Origin: an uncultured Eubacteriales bacterium
Lineage (GTDB): Bacteria; Acidobacteriota; Aminicenantia; Aminicenantales; Saccharicenantaceae
DNA length: 64,000 nucleotides
Reading direction: 5' to 3'
NCBI GenBank assembly: GCA_964422165.1
Contig: CAYQZX010000054.1
Location: 7,605 to 71,604, forward strand
Shown: in pieces, positions 1 through 8,951 of the stretch
How the letters are laid out: the number at the start of each line of letters is the position of its first letter
Numbering within the stretch: position 1 is the first letter of the stretch
Notes under the pieces: model-generated
Told to the model about the DNA's origin: nothing
The model's database searches: none
Seen by the model: the letters and a program-made list of their open reading frames with translations, nothing else
Position numbers and translations under genes: made by a program

Positions 1-483
1 CTCCACGACCGGGTTCTGGTCAAAGCCCGTGGCGTCGGCTTAAAAATCCTCGGGTTTGAGGATGTCCGGGTGAACAAGATTTCGCCCGAGGCGCTGGAGA
101 AAATTGGAATCGTGGTTGAGGGAAACCAGCTGGTAGTTCCAGTGGTGGCCGAAGTGCCTGGTTATTTAATGGGTTCGGGCATAGGCGGACAGGGAATTGA
201 AGCCATTGATTATGATATTCAGACAACCTGCCCTGAAGCGATAGAAAGATTCAACCTGAAGAAGCTGAGGCTGGGGGACATTGTGGCCATAAGGGACCAT
301 TATGATTATTACGGCCGTGGTCGGTATGAAGGAGCGGTGACTATCGGGGTCATCATCCACGGCTTTAGCGATTATGCCGGACACGGACCAGGAGTCAACC
401 CGATACTGAGTGCCCTGCCCGGCCGCATCAAGGTTAGAACCGACCCTAATGCTAACCTGGCCCGTATCCTCGGGCTTCAGTAA
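1..483 (+). CDS. hypothetical protein, 5'-partial (the reading frame is open from window position 1; the ORF track starts at GTG 70)
   Basis: Frame 1 runs from base 1 without a stop into the 70..483 ORF. It has a Gly-rich segment (GSGIGGQG) and no motif I can name. Confidence 0.5.
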   Translation, partial: LHDRVLVKARGVGLKILGFEDVRVNKISPEALEKIGIVVEGNQLVVPVVAEVPGYLMGSGIGGQGIEAIDYDIQTTCPEAIERFNLKKLRLGDIVAIRDHYDYYGRGRYEGAVTIGVIIHGFSDYAGHGPGVNPILSALPGRIKVRTDPNANLARILGLQ

Positions 484-510
484 AAAGGGGGACACAATAC
501 TCGTTTCCCT
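483..510 (+). repeat. 28-nt direct repeat copy 1 (aaaagggggacacaatactcgtttccct), immediately after the stop codon of the upstream gene
   Basis: Identical 28-mer recurs at 1634-1661. Degenerate copies occur at 1739-1765 and 1797-1814. Confidence 0.8.
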
Positions 511-780
511 AATTTAATTTAATAAAGATGGGGGTCAGCTATAGCCCCCGTTGACTGGAGTTTTTTATAAATTTTCAATGGCTGGGGCAGATAACTATTC
601 GTCTATGATTCAGGGCAAATTATTGATTAGTGTGAGTGTGAATGGCCAGCACCTGCTAGCCCTGGCGTCCAATTTCGGTCGCTTTGCGGTGCATCCTCAA
701 ATAACCTTCCCCGACTTTTGAGACTTTGACATTACTTTTGATGATGATATATATTTAATAGGAAAGCCAGATGAATGAAA

Positions 781-796
781 TTGACATCTCTGTCAA
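781..796 (+). promoter_or_regulatory. inverted repeat TTGACA-tctc-TGTCAA, an operator-like palindrome upstream of the methyltransferase ORF
   Basis: Perfect 6-bp inverted repeat with a 4-nt spacer read directly from the sequence. It lies about 45 bp upstream of the TTG at 839. Confidence 0.25.
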
Positions 797-838
797 TCAG
801 AAAATTTGATGTTTTAACGTTTACAGTGAGTAGAAAAG

Positions 839-1630
839 TTGTACCTGCTCTGCTCATCTGACTCCTTACAACAAATAAAAATCAAGCTCTCTGTTGTAAG
901 AATAAGGTTGTTTGGCTCACATCGCAACTTCAGGCGAGTCGAGGAGTGCCAAACCCTTCTCCGCTGGCTGAACCCGCAACCCGGAGAAAAGATTCTGGAT
1001 GTAGGCTGTGGAGAAGGCTATCTTTCAGAGAAGATTGCTTCGCGTGGAGCCCTGGTCAAAGCCATTGATTCAAATCCTAAAGCCATTGCCAGCGCCAGAA
1101 AACGGGTTAGAAATGAGATGGTGGAATTCAGAGAGTTAGATGCCGCCGAGCTCGACTATCCCGAAGCTTTTTTCGATAAAATCGTCAGCTTCTGTGTCAT
1201 AGAGCACTTTGCAGATGACGAAAAAGTGCTTAGTTTGCTGGCCAGAATGTTAAAACCCGGGGGACGGCTGGTCTTTTCGGCTGACAGCCTTTCTAATCCC
1301 GGGATTAACGATAAGGAAAGAGAGCAGCACCAAAGACGCTATGCGGTCAATACTTTCTACACAAAAGAAAAGATAGTTGAAAAGCTACAAAAGTTTGGCC
1401 TGAAAACAGAACGATGCCGTTATGTTCTCACTTCCAGACTGGCTTTGGCCCTGACCCGCTTCTCCTGGAAGCTTGACGACCTGCCGCCAGTTCTGATCCC
1501 TGTGCGGTTAGCAGGATATGCGGTGCTTGGAACAGCAGGCCTGCTGGTTCTTCACCTGGCAGAACGCAGGGCAGCAGAAAGCAAGCACGGGCTAACCCTA
1601 CTTGTGGAAGCCTCCAAACCTCCCCGTTAA
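839..1630 (+). CDS. class I SAM-dependent methyltransferase (UbiE/type-11-like); the N-terminus is uncertain and possibly truncated (alternative TTG at 908)
   Basis: Motif I LDVGCGEGYL is preceded by an FGSHRNFRR..LLRWLNPQPGEKI segment that resembles UbiE-type N-termini. The ORF begins with TTG right after an in-frame stop, and there is no upstream ATG. Confidence 0.75.
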   Translation: MYLLCSSDSLQQIKIKLSVVRIRLFGSHRNFRRVEECQTLLRWLNPQPGEKILDVGCGEGYLSEKIASRGALVKAIDSNPKAIASARKRVRNEMVEFRELDAAELDYPEAFFDKIVSFCVIEHFADDEKVLSLLARMLKPGGRLVFSADSLSNPGINDKEREQHQRRYAVNTFYTKEKIVEKLQKFGLKTERCRYVLTSRLALALTRFSWKLDDLPPVLIPVRLAGYAVLGTAGLLVLHLAERRAAESKHGLTLLVEASKPPR

Positions 1631-1633
1631 GGG

Positions 1634-1661
1634 AAAAGGGGGACACAATACTCGTTTCCCT
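1634..1661 (+). repeat. 28-nt direct repeat copy 2, identical to 483-510, immediately after the methyltransferase stop codon
   Basis: Exact 28/28 identity with copy 1. Confidence 0.8.
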
Positions 1662-1680
1662 ATTTTCCATGCCATTTCTC

Positions 1681-1700
1681 GGACCTGCAGAGACAGGTCC
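1681..1700 (+). terminator. perfect hairpin GGACCTG-cagaga-CAGGTCC downstream of the methyltransferase; no U-tract follows
   Basis: 7-bp stem with a 6-nt loop seen in the sequence. No T-run follows, so the terminator function is uncertain. Confidence 0.3.
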
Positions 1701-1738
1701 TGGCAATCACATTCTCGGAGATAAGCTGCAAACAAACT

Positions 1739-1765
1739 GGTGACACCATACTCGTTTCCCTATTT
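1739..1765 (+). repeat. degenerate copy 3 of the repeat (ggtgacaccatactcgtttccctattt)
   Basis: 22 of 24 identical to the repeat core. A further partial copy, ggacacaataattatccc, lies at 1797-1814. Confidence 0.6.
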
Positions 1766-2236
1766 AAATGGGAAATAATGCCGGCAGAAATGACGCGGAC
1801 ACAATAATTATCCCACAATTATTCGCCGATTTTGTGCCCGCTGGCTGGGCCGCCATTAATAAGAATTCTTAAAACTCAAAGAATAAAGAGAAACAGTCAC
1901 CCTGGCAGCTCTTATGTCATAACAAAAGAGACTTATTTATTTCGCTTTTTCCTTCAGGCGAACATCGTCCAGCTGGAACCAGAAACTCCCGACCTCTTGA
2001 AAAGCTCCAATCAGAGAAGGATTATCCCCCATTAGGTACGGGCAATCATCCGTGAGGATTACCTGAAATGGAAATTCCCTAAAAACCGGATAACTTCAAG
2101 ACTCGTATTATATTAAAAAGGATTTGGGAGGCATGCGTTATGGTCACAAAGTCAAGACCTATTCAGAAGCGGTTTTCTTCCGCAGGAAATTATCATTATA
2201 TCATCACCCTGGACCTATAGCTCAGGTTATACTTTA

Positions 2237-2500
2237 ATGTCCATGTTCTACAAGTTAGGAAGTAAAATTGTCGGTGTGCCGTCGGGTCAATCCGGCAACT
2301 GCTTTGGTGATACTTTGACCTTTCAGCTAAAGAACAGTGGTTTAAGAGGCTTTGTTTCTCACAAATTATTCCTGGATTTCCCCGATAACCCAGAGCTGGG
2401 TTATATGCTGAGACCCCACCGGGAATTAACCTATAAAGATTTAATCCGATGCCAGTTCGACCCGAACGCTTCCATTTTGCTTGCTCTGGGGAAACTTTAA
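2237..2500 (+). CDS. hypothetical small protein (weak call)
   Basis: 87-aa ORF in the otherwise ORF-poor stretch. It has no Shine-Dalgarno sequence and no recognisable motif. Confidence 0.2.
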   Translation: MSMFYKLGSKIVGVPSGQSGNCFGDTLTFQLKNSGLRGFVSHKLFLDFPDNPELGYMLRPHRELTYKDLIRCQFDPNASILLALGKL

Positions 2501-2705
2501 ATTATTTGGTTTTCTCCCGTTTCAAGTTCCAGAGCTTCCCGCCGAGTGAGGGGAATTGAATTCGCCCCGAAAATCACCGCCAGAGAGCATGACATATATC
2601 CCCTCTTCCCTCAGAATAAATTATTGTTAGGAGGCTCAAAGGGCAAAGTTTAAGAATAAAGGCCGAAAGCGAGGATGATAACTCCTTGACCGGCAAAAGA
2701 GGACT

Positions 2706-4751
2706 TTGGGGAAGGAATCTGAGCCAGCTATGGGCACTGAGGATTTGAAGGAAGATGACTTGAACGGTGCCAGCCAACCAGCCTGCCAGCCCATCAGTCA
2801 GCTGCCGGAAGGTGCCGACCGCGATCGACGCCTCTCTGATTTTTTAAAAATCCTCCGCCTGGCTTTCAAGATGGCCACTATCTATAACCAGGATCATCCG
2901 ACTTTTAAGAGAACGATTGAGGAGCTGATGGCCAGTCTGGAAACTGTTTTTTATTACTTCAGCCCCCTAATAATCGGTTTCAGCCCAAATTCTCTGCTTA
3001 TCGGTGAGCAGTTCTGGGGAGGCGACAAAACCACCACCGAACTAGCCCGGCTTTTTCATTTCCGCAAAATAAAAAAGATGGAGATTTACCGAGGGATTTC
3101 AACCCAGGAACTCCTCCGTTTCATTTCTCGTCTGACCCGTCCAATCCCGGAATTTATTCGCCGGGGAGGTGCTCAGGCCCTTTTGCGTGAGGAGAAAATC
3201 CCCCATATCAGACTGGAAATCCTTGATTACTCACAGCTTCTTCATGGTGAAGGCGAAGAGATTAAGGACATCTGGCCCTATCTGCTTATGGAGGCGGTGG
3301 CCGAGGACGACGGTGACAAGCTGAATCAGTTAGCCAGAAGCTTTGAGAAAGTGGTTGGTCGCTTTAACACTGAGGACTTAATCCAGAATGAAGAACTTCA
3401 CAGGAATTTCATTTATTTCTTCCGCCACCTCCGAGAAACAGCTCAGGAGAAATACAGCCGCTGTGCCCGTGAGCTCCTGAAATCCCTGATGGCTGCCCGA
3501 AAGATACCGCCCGATTCCAAAATAGAAAATCTAAAACAGGCACTTTCCTCGCTGAGCGACTGGGACCTGGCCTCAACGCTTTGGGAAGAGTTAATTGGCA
3601 ATGACAAATTTGATTCTATGAGCTTTTCTATTTTTGCCAGAATCATAGACCGGGAGCGGCATAAAACCGTATCAACTTCTCTAAAAGAGCTATTTACTTC
3701 CGATAAACCACGGAACCGGAAACCAGAAGTAGAAAAGAAAATCAAAGCCCTGCTCTCCGGCACTTCAGGGCAAATGCTCACTGATATTTACCGACAGACC
3801 CTAGCCAATCTACTTAGCGAGATTTCGTTTGAAAAGCAGATTACCTTCGACCATCAGCAGGTAAGAAGAAACTATCGTTTCATCCTTTTAAACCTGCTGC
3901 TTAACGAAAAAAAGAAGGACGTTATCCGAGTGCTTCTGGGACGGATACTTGAGGAGTGGCCGAGCATAACCGAGGAAAAGGACCTGGAATTTATCCTATC
4001 GCTCCTTACCGTCCTTCGAGAAAAAGCAGCCGAGCTGGCTGATGAACCAACCTGTGAAAAGGTATATTCAACTCTTTCGGCCTACATAGAAGACATAATT
4101 CTCCAGGGTGAGACCCAGCCCGAACTGGATGACTTAATATCAATGTTGCCCGGGAGTATCCACGGTCCGGAAGTATACCTGAAGCGGATTTTTGTGGAAA
4201 ATAAGGTTTCCTCTAAAATCCTTCGGGCCTTCTTCAGGTTTTTCTCGTCTCATCTTCCCGAATTTATTGATAACCTGAAGAGGAGGTCATCCAGCAGCCT
4301 GCTGATAGAAGAGATGGTAAGCAGCCTGAAGAGCATTAACTCTCCGGCCAGCCTGAAAATCCTTAAAATTATCTTTAAGATTGCCGACCGGAAGGTTAAA
4401 CTTCAGGTTTTGCGGGCAATGCAGCAGTTGAGCGAGTTTGATGAGGCTTTTCTTTATCCCATCCTGAACTTAAAAGACAGACAGCTTAAGGCCGAGGCTT
4501 TGGTCCTGTTGATGAGGTACGACCGGACCAGGCATGTGGCCTTTACCAAGCTGTTTAATCTGGCTTCCCCCTACGGCATAAGGAATAAAAAATTAATCCA
4601 GCACATTCAGATAGTGGAAGAAAAAAACCTGAAAGAGGCCAAACCTTTTCTGGTGGAACTGGCCCAGCGCAAAGATTTCTGGAACCGCAGGGTACGCCAG
4701 GAAGCGAGGCAGGTTCTGGAAAAATGGGAAAAGATAGAAGAAAGTGGATGA
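2706..4751 (+). CDS. alpha-helical signalling-associated protein sharing its N-terminal domain with the downstream HD-GYP protein (DUF3391-like, by inference); TTG start at 2706 or ATG at 2730
   Basis: Residues around 50-150 (IYNQDHPTF..LLRFISRLTR) align with the N-terminus of the next protein (IYSTEHPKF..LRQFISFLIR). The rest is a long helical region with no HD domain. Confidence 0.6.
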   Translation: MGKESEPAMGTEDLKEDDLNGASQPACQPISQLPEGADRDRRLSDFLKILRLAFKMATIYNQDHPTFKRTIEELMASLETVFYYFSPLIIGFSPNSLLIGEQFWGGDKTTTELARLFHFRKIKKMEIYRGISTQELLRFISRLTRPIPEFIRRGGAQALLREEKIPHIRLEILDYSQLLHGEGEEIKDIWPYLLMEAVAEDDGDKLNQLARSFEKVVGRFNTEDLIQNEELHRNFIYFFRHLRETAQEKYSRCARELLKSLMAARKIPPDSKIENLKQALSSLSDWDLASTLWEELIGNDKFDSMSFSIFARIIDRERHKTVSTSLKELFTSDKPRNRKPEVEKKIKALLSGTSGQMLTDIYRQTLANLLSEISFEKQITFDHQQVRRNYRFILLNLLLNEKKKDVIRVLLGRILEEWPSITEEKDLEFILSLLTVLREKAAELADEPTCEKVYSTLSAYIEDIILQGETQPELDDLISMLPGSIHGPEVYLKRIFVENKVSSKILRAFFRFFSSHLPEFIDNLKRRSSSSLLIEEMVSSLKSINSPASLKILKIIFKIADRKVKLQVLRAMQQLSEFDEAFLYPILNLKDRQLKAEALVLLMRYDRTRHVAFTKLFNLASPYGIRNKKLIQHIQIVEEKNLKEAKPFLVELAQRKDFWNRRVRQEARQVLEKWEKIEESG

Positions 4752-4757
4752 AAGGAG

Positions 4758-6119
4758 ATGAAAGATAAAGTAAAAGTCTGTTTTCTCCTCCTGATGAATG
4801 CCATCCAGGCTGGAAGGATTTACTCCACCGAACACCCAAAATTTGAAGAATTCCTGGACCGACTCTACAACATTCTTCTGGAAATTCTTGAGCACAAAAA
4901 AGAGCTGATTCTAGGACTGGTCAGCAGCGAGCTGGCCTGGGAGGATGAAATCTTTTTTGACCTGAGCTCAAAACTCAGTACTTTGATAAGTTTTTTAGAG
5001 GAGAACCGCATAGAAAGGATAGTCTTCTCACAGGGATTGCAGCGCGAAGAGCTTCGCCAGTTTATAAGCTTCCTAATCCGGGCTAAAAAGCCAGTTCAGG
5101 TGTCTGAAGCTGAAAAGGAATACCTGGACCTGAGCGGCGTTCAGAACATCCGCGCCGGACGCCTCAGAGCCATGATTAAGAACCAGGATTCAGAGCGGAT
5201 AAAAGAGGAGCTGAAAAGAAAATATGAAAGCTCGGTGGAGGCTGTCTCTTATTCACTTAACCTGGTTCTGGAGGAGCGGGAGGTTGATTATCTGGATTTG
5301 CGTTTTAACCTTCTTAACGTCATGGAAGACTTTTTTGGGCGTCATCAGGAACTTCTCAACCTGATTGAGGTTAAGCGGAGCGACCTTGTGACCTTTGTTC
5401 ATCTGTTAAACGTGTCCATCCTGGTTATGTTTTTTGCTTCAAAGCTCGGCTTTGCCAGGGATGACGTCCTGGACCTGGGAGTTGCCGCTCTGTACCATGA
5501 CATCGGTAAACTTTATATCTCTCATAAAATCATCAAGAAAAAGACTCGTTTGACCGATGAAGAATTCCAGCAGATCCAGAACCATCCGATTATCGGGGCA
5601 CAAATCCTGGAAAGATACAAGGATTCACTCGGCTATCTGCCTGTAGTGGCCGCCTTTGAGCATCATCTTCGGTATGACCTGAGTGGTTATCCAAAACTAC
5701 CCTTCAACCGCAAGCCGCATCTGGCTTCCCAGATGATTTCTATCTGCGACGTCTATGACGCCCTGGCTATCAAGCGTTCCTATAAGAAAGACTATCCACC
5801 GGATAAAATTTACGAGCTGATGATGATGGAAAAAGGCAAGGCTTTTGCCCCCCAGCTCCTGGATAAATTCTTTCAGTTTATCGGGCTGTGGCCAGTGGGA
5901 ACCATCGTCGTTCTGAATGATGACCGTGTGGCAGTTGTTCGCCGGGTTAACGAAAACGAAATAGCCCGACCGGTGGTGGAAATCATAGCTCCTCAAAACG
6001 AGGGCGAGGTTATAGATTTAAGCCAGAACGGAGAGCTGTCCATCGTTCGGGCCCTTAACCCGCGCGGGAAAGGCAAAAAATATCTTGCCCTTTTATCCCT
6101 CTCCAACAATCCTTTTTAA
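4758..6119 (+). CDS. HD-GYP domain protein (predicted c-di-GMP phosphodiesterase) with an N-terminal sensory domain
   Basis: HD motif LYHDIGK and HHLRYDLSGYPK match the HD-GYP signature HHExxDGxGYP. Confidence 0.85.
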   Translation: MKDKVKVCFLLLMNAIQAGRIYSTEHPKFEEFLDRLYNILLEILEHKKELILGLVSSELAWEDEIFFDLSSKLSTLISFLEENRIERIVFSQGLQREELRQFISFLIRAKKPVQVSEAEKEYLDLSGVQNIRAGRLRAMIKNQDSERIKEELKRKYESSVEAVSYSLNLVLEEREVDYLDLRFNLLNVMEDFFGRHQELLNLIEVKRSDLVTFVHLLNVSILVMFFASKLGFARDDVLDLGVAALYHDIGKLYISHKIIKKKTRLTDEEFQQIQNHPIIGAQILERYKDSLGYLPVVAAFEHHLRYDLSGYPKLPFNRKPHLASQMISICDVYDALAIKRSYKKDYPPDKIYELMMMEKGKAFAPQLLDKFFQFIGLWPVGTIVVLNDDRVAVVRRVNENEIARPVVEIIAPQNEGEVIDLSQNGELSIVRALNPRGKGKKYLALLSLSNNPF

Positions 6120-6122
6120 CAT

Positions 6123-6153
6123 ATTTAGCAGATGTCAACTAAATGGTATTTTT
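6123..6153 (+). terminator. candidate intrinsic terminator (ATTTAG-loop-CTAAAT followed by ggtattttt) after the HD-GYP gene
   Basis: AT-rich 6-bp stem plus a U-tract directly after the stop at 6119. The stem is weak. Confidence 0.35.
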
Positions 6154-6499
6154 CCTCAGCCTTAAACTGAATAGCGATAGGCAACCAAGCAAGGTCATAA
6201 TCAATCATAAAGATAATTGGCCTGGGGAATTTTTCTAAGCTCATAAAACGCCCCCTCATTATTACATATTTTGCCCAAATTCAGTTCGGTAGAATGCTAC
6301 TTAATTCCGAAAGCAAAAGCTCCGGGTTCTGGCCATTTCTTCTTAAAAACTTCAGAGCTGTTGTAAAGTTCAATCTGCAGTCATTGCTAAATCTCAAGAA
6401 AAAACATCCCCAAATTGACTAACCCAGAGCGAAAACAATAGAATAAAAATGCGGTTATGATTATCAAAAAGAGATAGAAATCAGTCAGCGAGTTTCATT

Positions 6500-8662
6500 A
6501 TGCCTTATATTCCATTTAGAAATGTTCTGAATCGCCGGCAAGCTGGAAGAAAGTTATTTCCAACTATATTTTTTTTCCTTTTTTTGAGCCTGACTGCCAA
6601 TTACGCCGAGCTGTCCCTGGCCGAACAAAAAGCCCCGGCAGAAAAAGAAAACCCGACACTTCTGCAGGAAGTCCCCCAGGAAAAAATCCAGCATCAGGTC
6701 TCTGTCACCCTGAAATTAATCCAGGTTTATGTTACAGACAAAAAGGGGAACCCGATCACCGACCTGGAAAAGTCAGATTTTGAAGTTTTAGACAACGGCC
6801 AGAAAAAACTCCTGACAGAGTTTGAAAAACATACCCGGTCTTTTTTAATTGAGGAAAAAGAAGAAGAATCCGGACCGACATCTCAGTCCGCCGGAGCCAG
6901 CCTGAATCGCAAATTTTTCTTCCTTTTTGACTTTGTCTACAACAATCAAAAAGGTCTCCGGGCCACCAGGAAAGCTGCCCTCTATTTCCTGGACCGGATT
7001 GCCCAGCCTGCTGATGAAATCGGGCTTATCACCTATTCCCTTGAAGGCGGTCTGGCCATCCGCGAATTTCTTACCACTGATCACAGTAAAATCCGGCGCT
7101 TTGTGGAAAACATAGGCTTAAAAAATTACCAGAGTAGTGTGGAAAACCTGGAGGCCAGATACTGGCAGCAGGTAAATGATGAAAATCCTCTTGATGTCAG
7201 AGAGAGAGGAGCTGTTGGAGCCGGAATCTGGTCCAAACCGGAAAAGGACCCCATCATGGATTTGCCAAACATTTCAGAAGAAATGAAAAGAGCTTTCATA
7301 ACCGGGGAAAGCCGGATTCAGGCTCTAACCTTCATCCGAGAGATGACTAAGTTAGCCCGGGCTCTCGGTTATGTCCCGGGAATCAAGCACCTGATACTTT
7401 TCTCAGCCGGAATTCCATATTCTTTAATTTATGGAATTCAGGTTGAAGACCCCTCGCGGGGCACCTGGAGGCAGGACTGGGGCCAGACTCAGATTCAGCA
7501 CTATCTGGAAGACTTGCAGAAGCAAATAAGCCACGCCAATCTGGTGGTGTATGCCCTTGATACTGAAGACAGCCTCACCCGGATAAATCAGGATATTCGG
7601 CTTACCGGCGTTCTGACCCTGGAGAAAATTGCCAGCTACTCCGGTGGGAAATACTTCGGCAACGTGAATAATTTTAGCCGGGCCCTGAATGAAGTCCAGA
7701 AAATCACTGCCTGTTATTATGTTCTCGGATATTATGTTGATGAAAAGTGGGACGGTGACTACCATGAAATCAAAGTTCGGGTCAAAAGGCCAGGGCTAAA
7801 AGTTTACGCCCAGAAAGGCTATTTCAACCCCCGCCCCTTTAATGAGTTGTCGGACCTGGAAAAACAGCTTCACCTGGTAGACCTGTGTCTCAGCGAAAAA
7901 CCACTGCTTCAGGAACCGCTTCCTCTGGAAGGTGGCAGCCTGAGCTATTTTGAAGGCAGTCAGGAAAAACTGGTTTTATGGGCCAGGCTGGTAAGGAAAG
8001 AACTGGCTAATCTGGCCGGTCAAAAAATGGAACTGCTGTTTGTGATTTTTGATAGTGACAACAATCTGGTCAAACTGGAGCGCAAAAAAGTAAAGCTGGG
8101 TTCTTTGCCTGAAAACGGACTGATTTATTTTTCGTCGCCCCTGGAGCTTAAGCCCGGTGAATACAAACTAAGGATGGTGATGAGAAACCTGGAAAGCGGT
8201 CGAGCCGCCCTGGGCACAGCCAGCCTGGTAATGGTCAAACCCCAGGAATCCGGTTTACTGGTCGGACAGCCAGCCCTGGCTCGCTCCAGCAGGAACGAGA
8301 TATATCAGAATCTTCCGCCATTCCTTCCGGTTAATCTGAAAAACTTAACCCTGGCAGGCAATCAGATTGAACCTGGAAGCAGCGAACTTTTTGCTCTGGT
8401 GAGCTGCAGTTTTCCAGGACTGGAAAATCCCGAACTGGAGATAAAAAGCATCATACTGCAAGCTGAAGGAAAGGGAACCAGACCTCTATTCTCGGACCTG
8501 AAGCTGCTGGAAATCAGAAGGCAGGAAGGTCTGGTCAGCTGTCTGGCTAAAATTGAAACCGAGTCCCTGGCCGCTGGAAATTACATCATCTATTTTCACC
8601 TGACAGACAGAAAAAGCGGACTGAGGGCGGCCCGAAGCCTAATGTTTCAAGTTGGCGATTGA
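6500..8662 (+). CDS. VWFA-related domain protein (Acidobacteria-type TIGR03436-like) with an N-terminal signal/TM segment
   Basis: N-terminal hydrophobic segment. LIQVYVTDKKGNPITDLEKSDFEVLDNGQKK is characteristic of the VWFA-related family. A VWA-like FFLFDFV...GLITYS stretch follows. Confidence 0.75.
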   Translation: MPYIPFRNVLNRRQAGRKLFPTIFFFLFLSLTANYAELSLAEQKAPAEKENPTLLQEVPQEKIQHQVSVTLKLIQVYVTDKKGNPITDLEKSDFEVLDNGQKKLLTEFEKHTRSFLIEEKEEESGPTSQSAGASLNRKFFFLFDFVYNNQKGLRATRKAALYFLDRIAQPADEIGLITYSLEGGLAIREFLTTDHSKIRRFVENIGLKNYQSSVENLEARYWQQVNDENPLDVRERGAVGAGIWSKPEKDPIMDLPNISEEMKRAFITGESRIQALTFIREMTKLARALGYVPGIKHLILFSAGIPYSLIYGIQVEDPSRGTWRQDWGQTQIQHYLEDLQKQISHANLVVYALDTEDSLTRINQDIRLTGVLTLEKIASYSGGKYFGNVNNFSRALNEVQKITACYYVLGYYVDEKWDGDYHEIKVRVKRPGLKVYAQKGYFNPRPFNELSDLEKQLHLVDLCLSEKPLLQEPLPLEGGSLSYFEGSQEKLVLWARLVRKELANLAGQKMELLFVIFDSDNNLVKLERKKVKLGSLPENGLIYFSSPLELKPGEYKLRMVMRNLESGRAALGTASLVMVKPQESGLLVGQPALARSSRNEIYQNLPPFLPVNLKNLTLAGNQIEPGSSELFALVSCSFPGLENPELEIKSIILQAEGKGTRPLFSDLKLLEIRRQEGLVSCLAKIETESLAAGNYIIYFHLTDRKSGLRAARSLMFQVGD

Positions 8663-8951
8663 AAACTTTTTCTTGACTCCGTTAATCAATAAGTATATCT
8701 TGATTATGTAAAGGGGAAAAGCTAAAACCTGAAGTAAAAACCGGAGTTAAGTTTGTTCTGTTTAAGAAAACTTGATTATGCCTGAGCGAGAAGTTTCTCT
8801 ATGATTAAAATAGCTGTTTCCGCATATTGTGACTATTGTCCTATTCCACAATAACGACCGGACTTCCAGGAAAACCATAAGAGCGGTAGACAATCCGGTT
8901 TTTATTTCAGCTAACCCTTTTGAAAGGAAAGGTTTTAATACCTGAAAAAGC

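Noticed and set aside
1634-1814. Repeat copies at 1638-1661, 1739-1761 and 1797-1814 as a CRISPR array
   Set aside because: Only two to three copies, the third truncated, with irregular spacing (101 and 58 nt). No leader or cas genes are present, and the other perfect copy is 1.15 kb away across a CDS. A decayed array cannot be excluded but is not supportable.
3443-3781. Antisense ORFs inside long genes, e.g. 3443..3781, 12091..12474, 13514..13858, 22094..22999, 28524..29012, 52060..52617 and 59072..59521
   Set aside because: They are fully embedded opposite well-supported CDSs and have low-complexity or motif-free translations. These are shadow ORFs.
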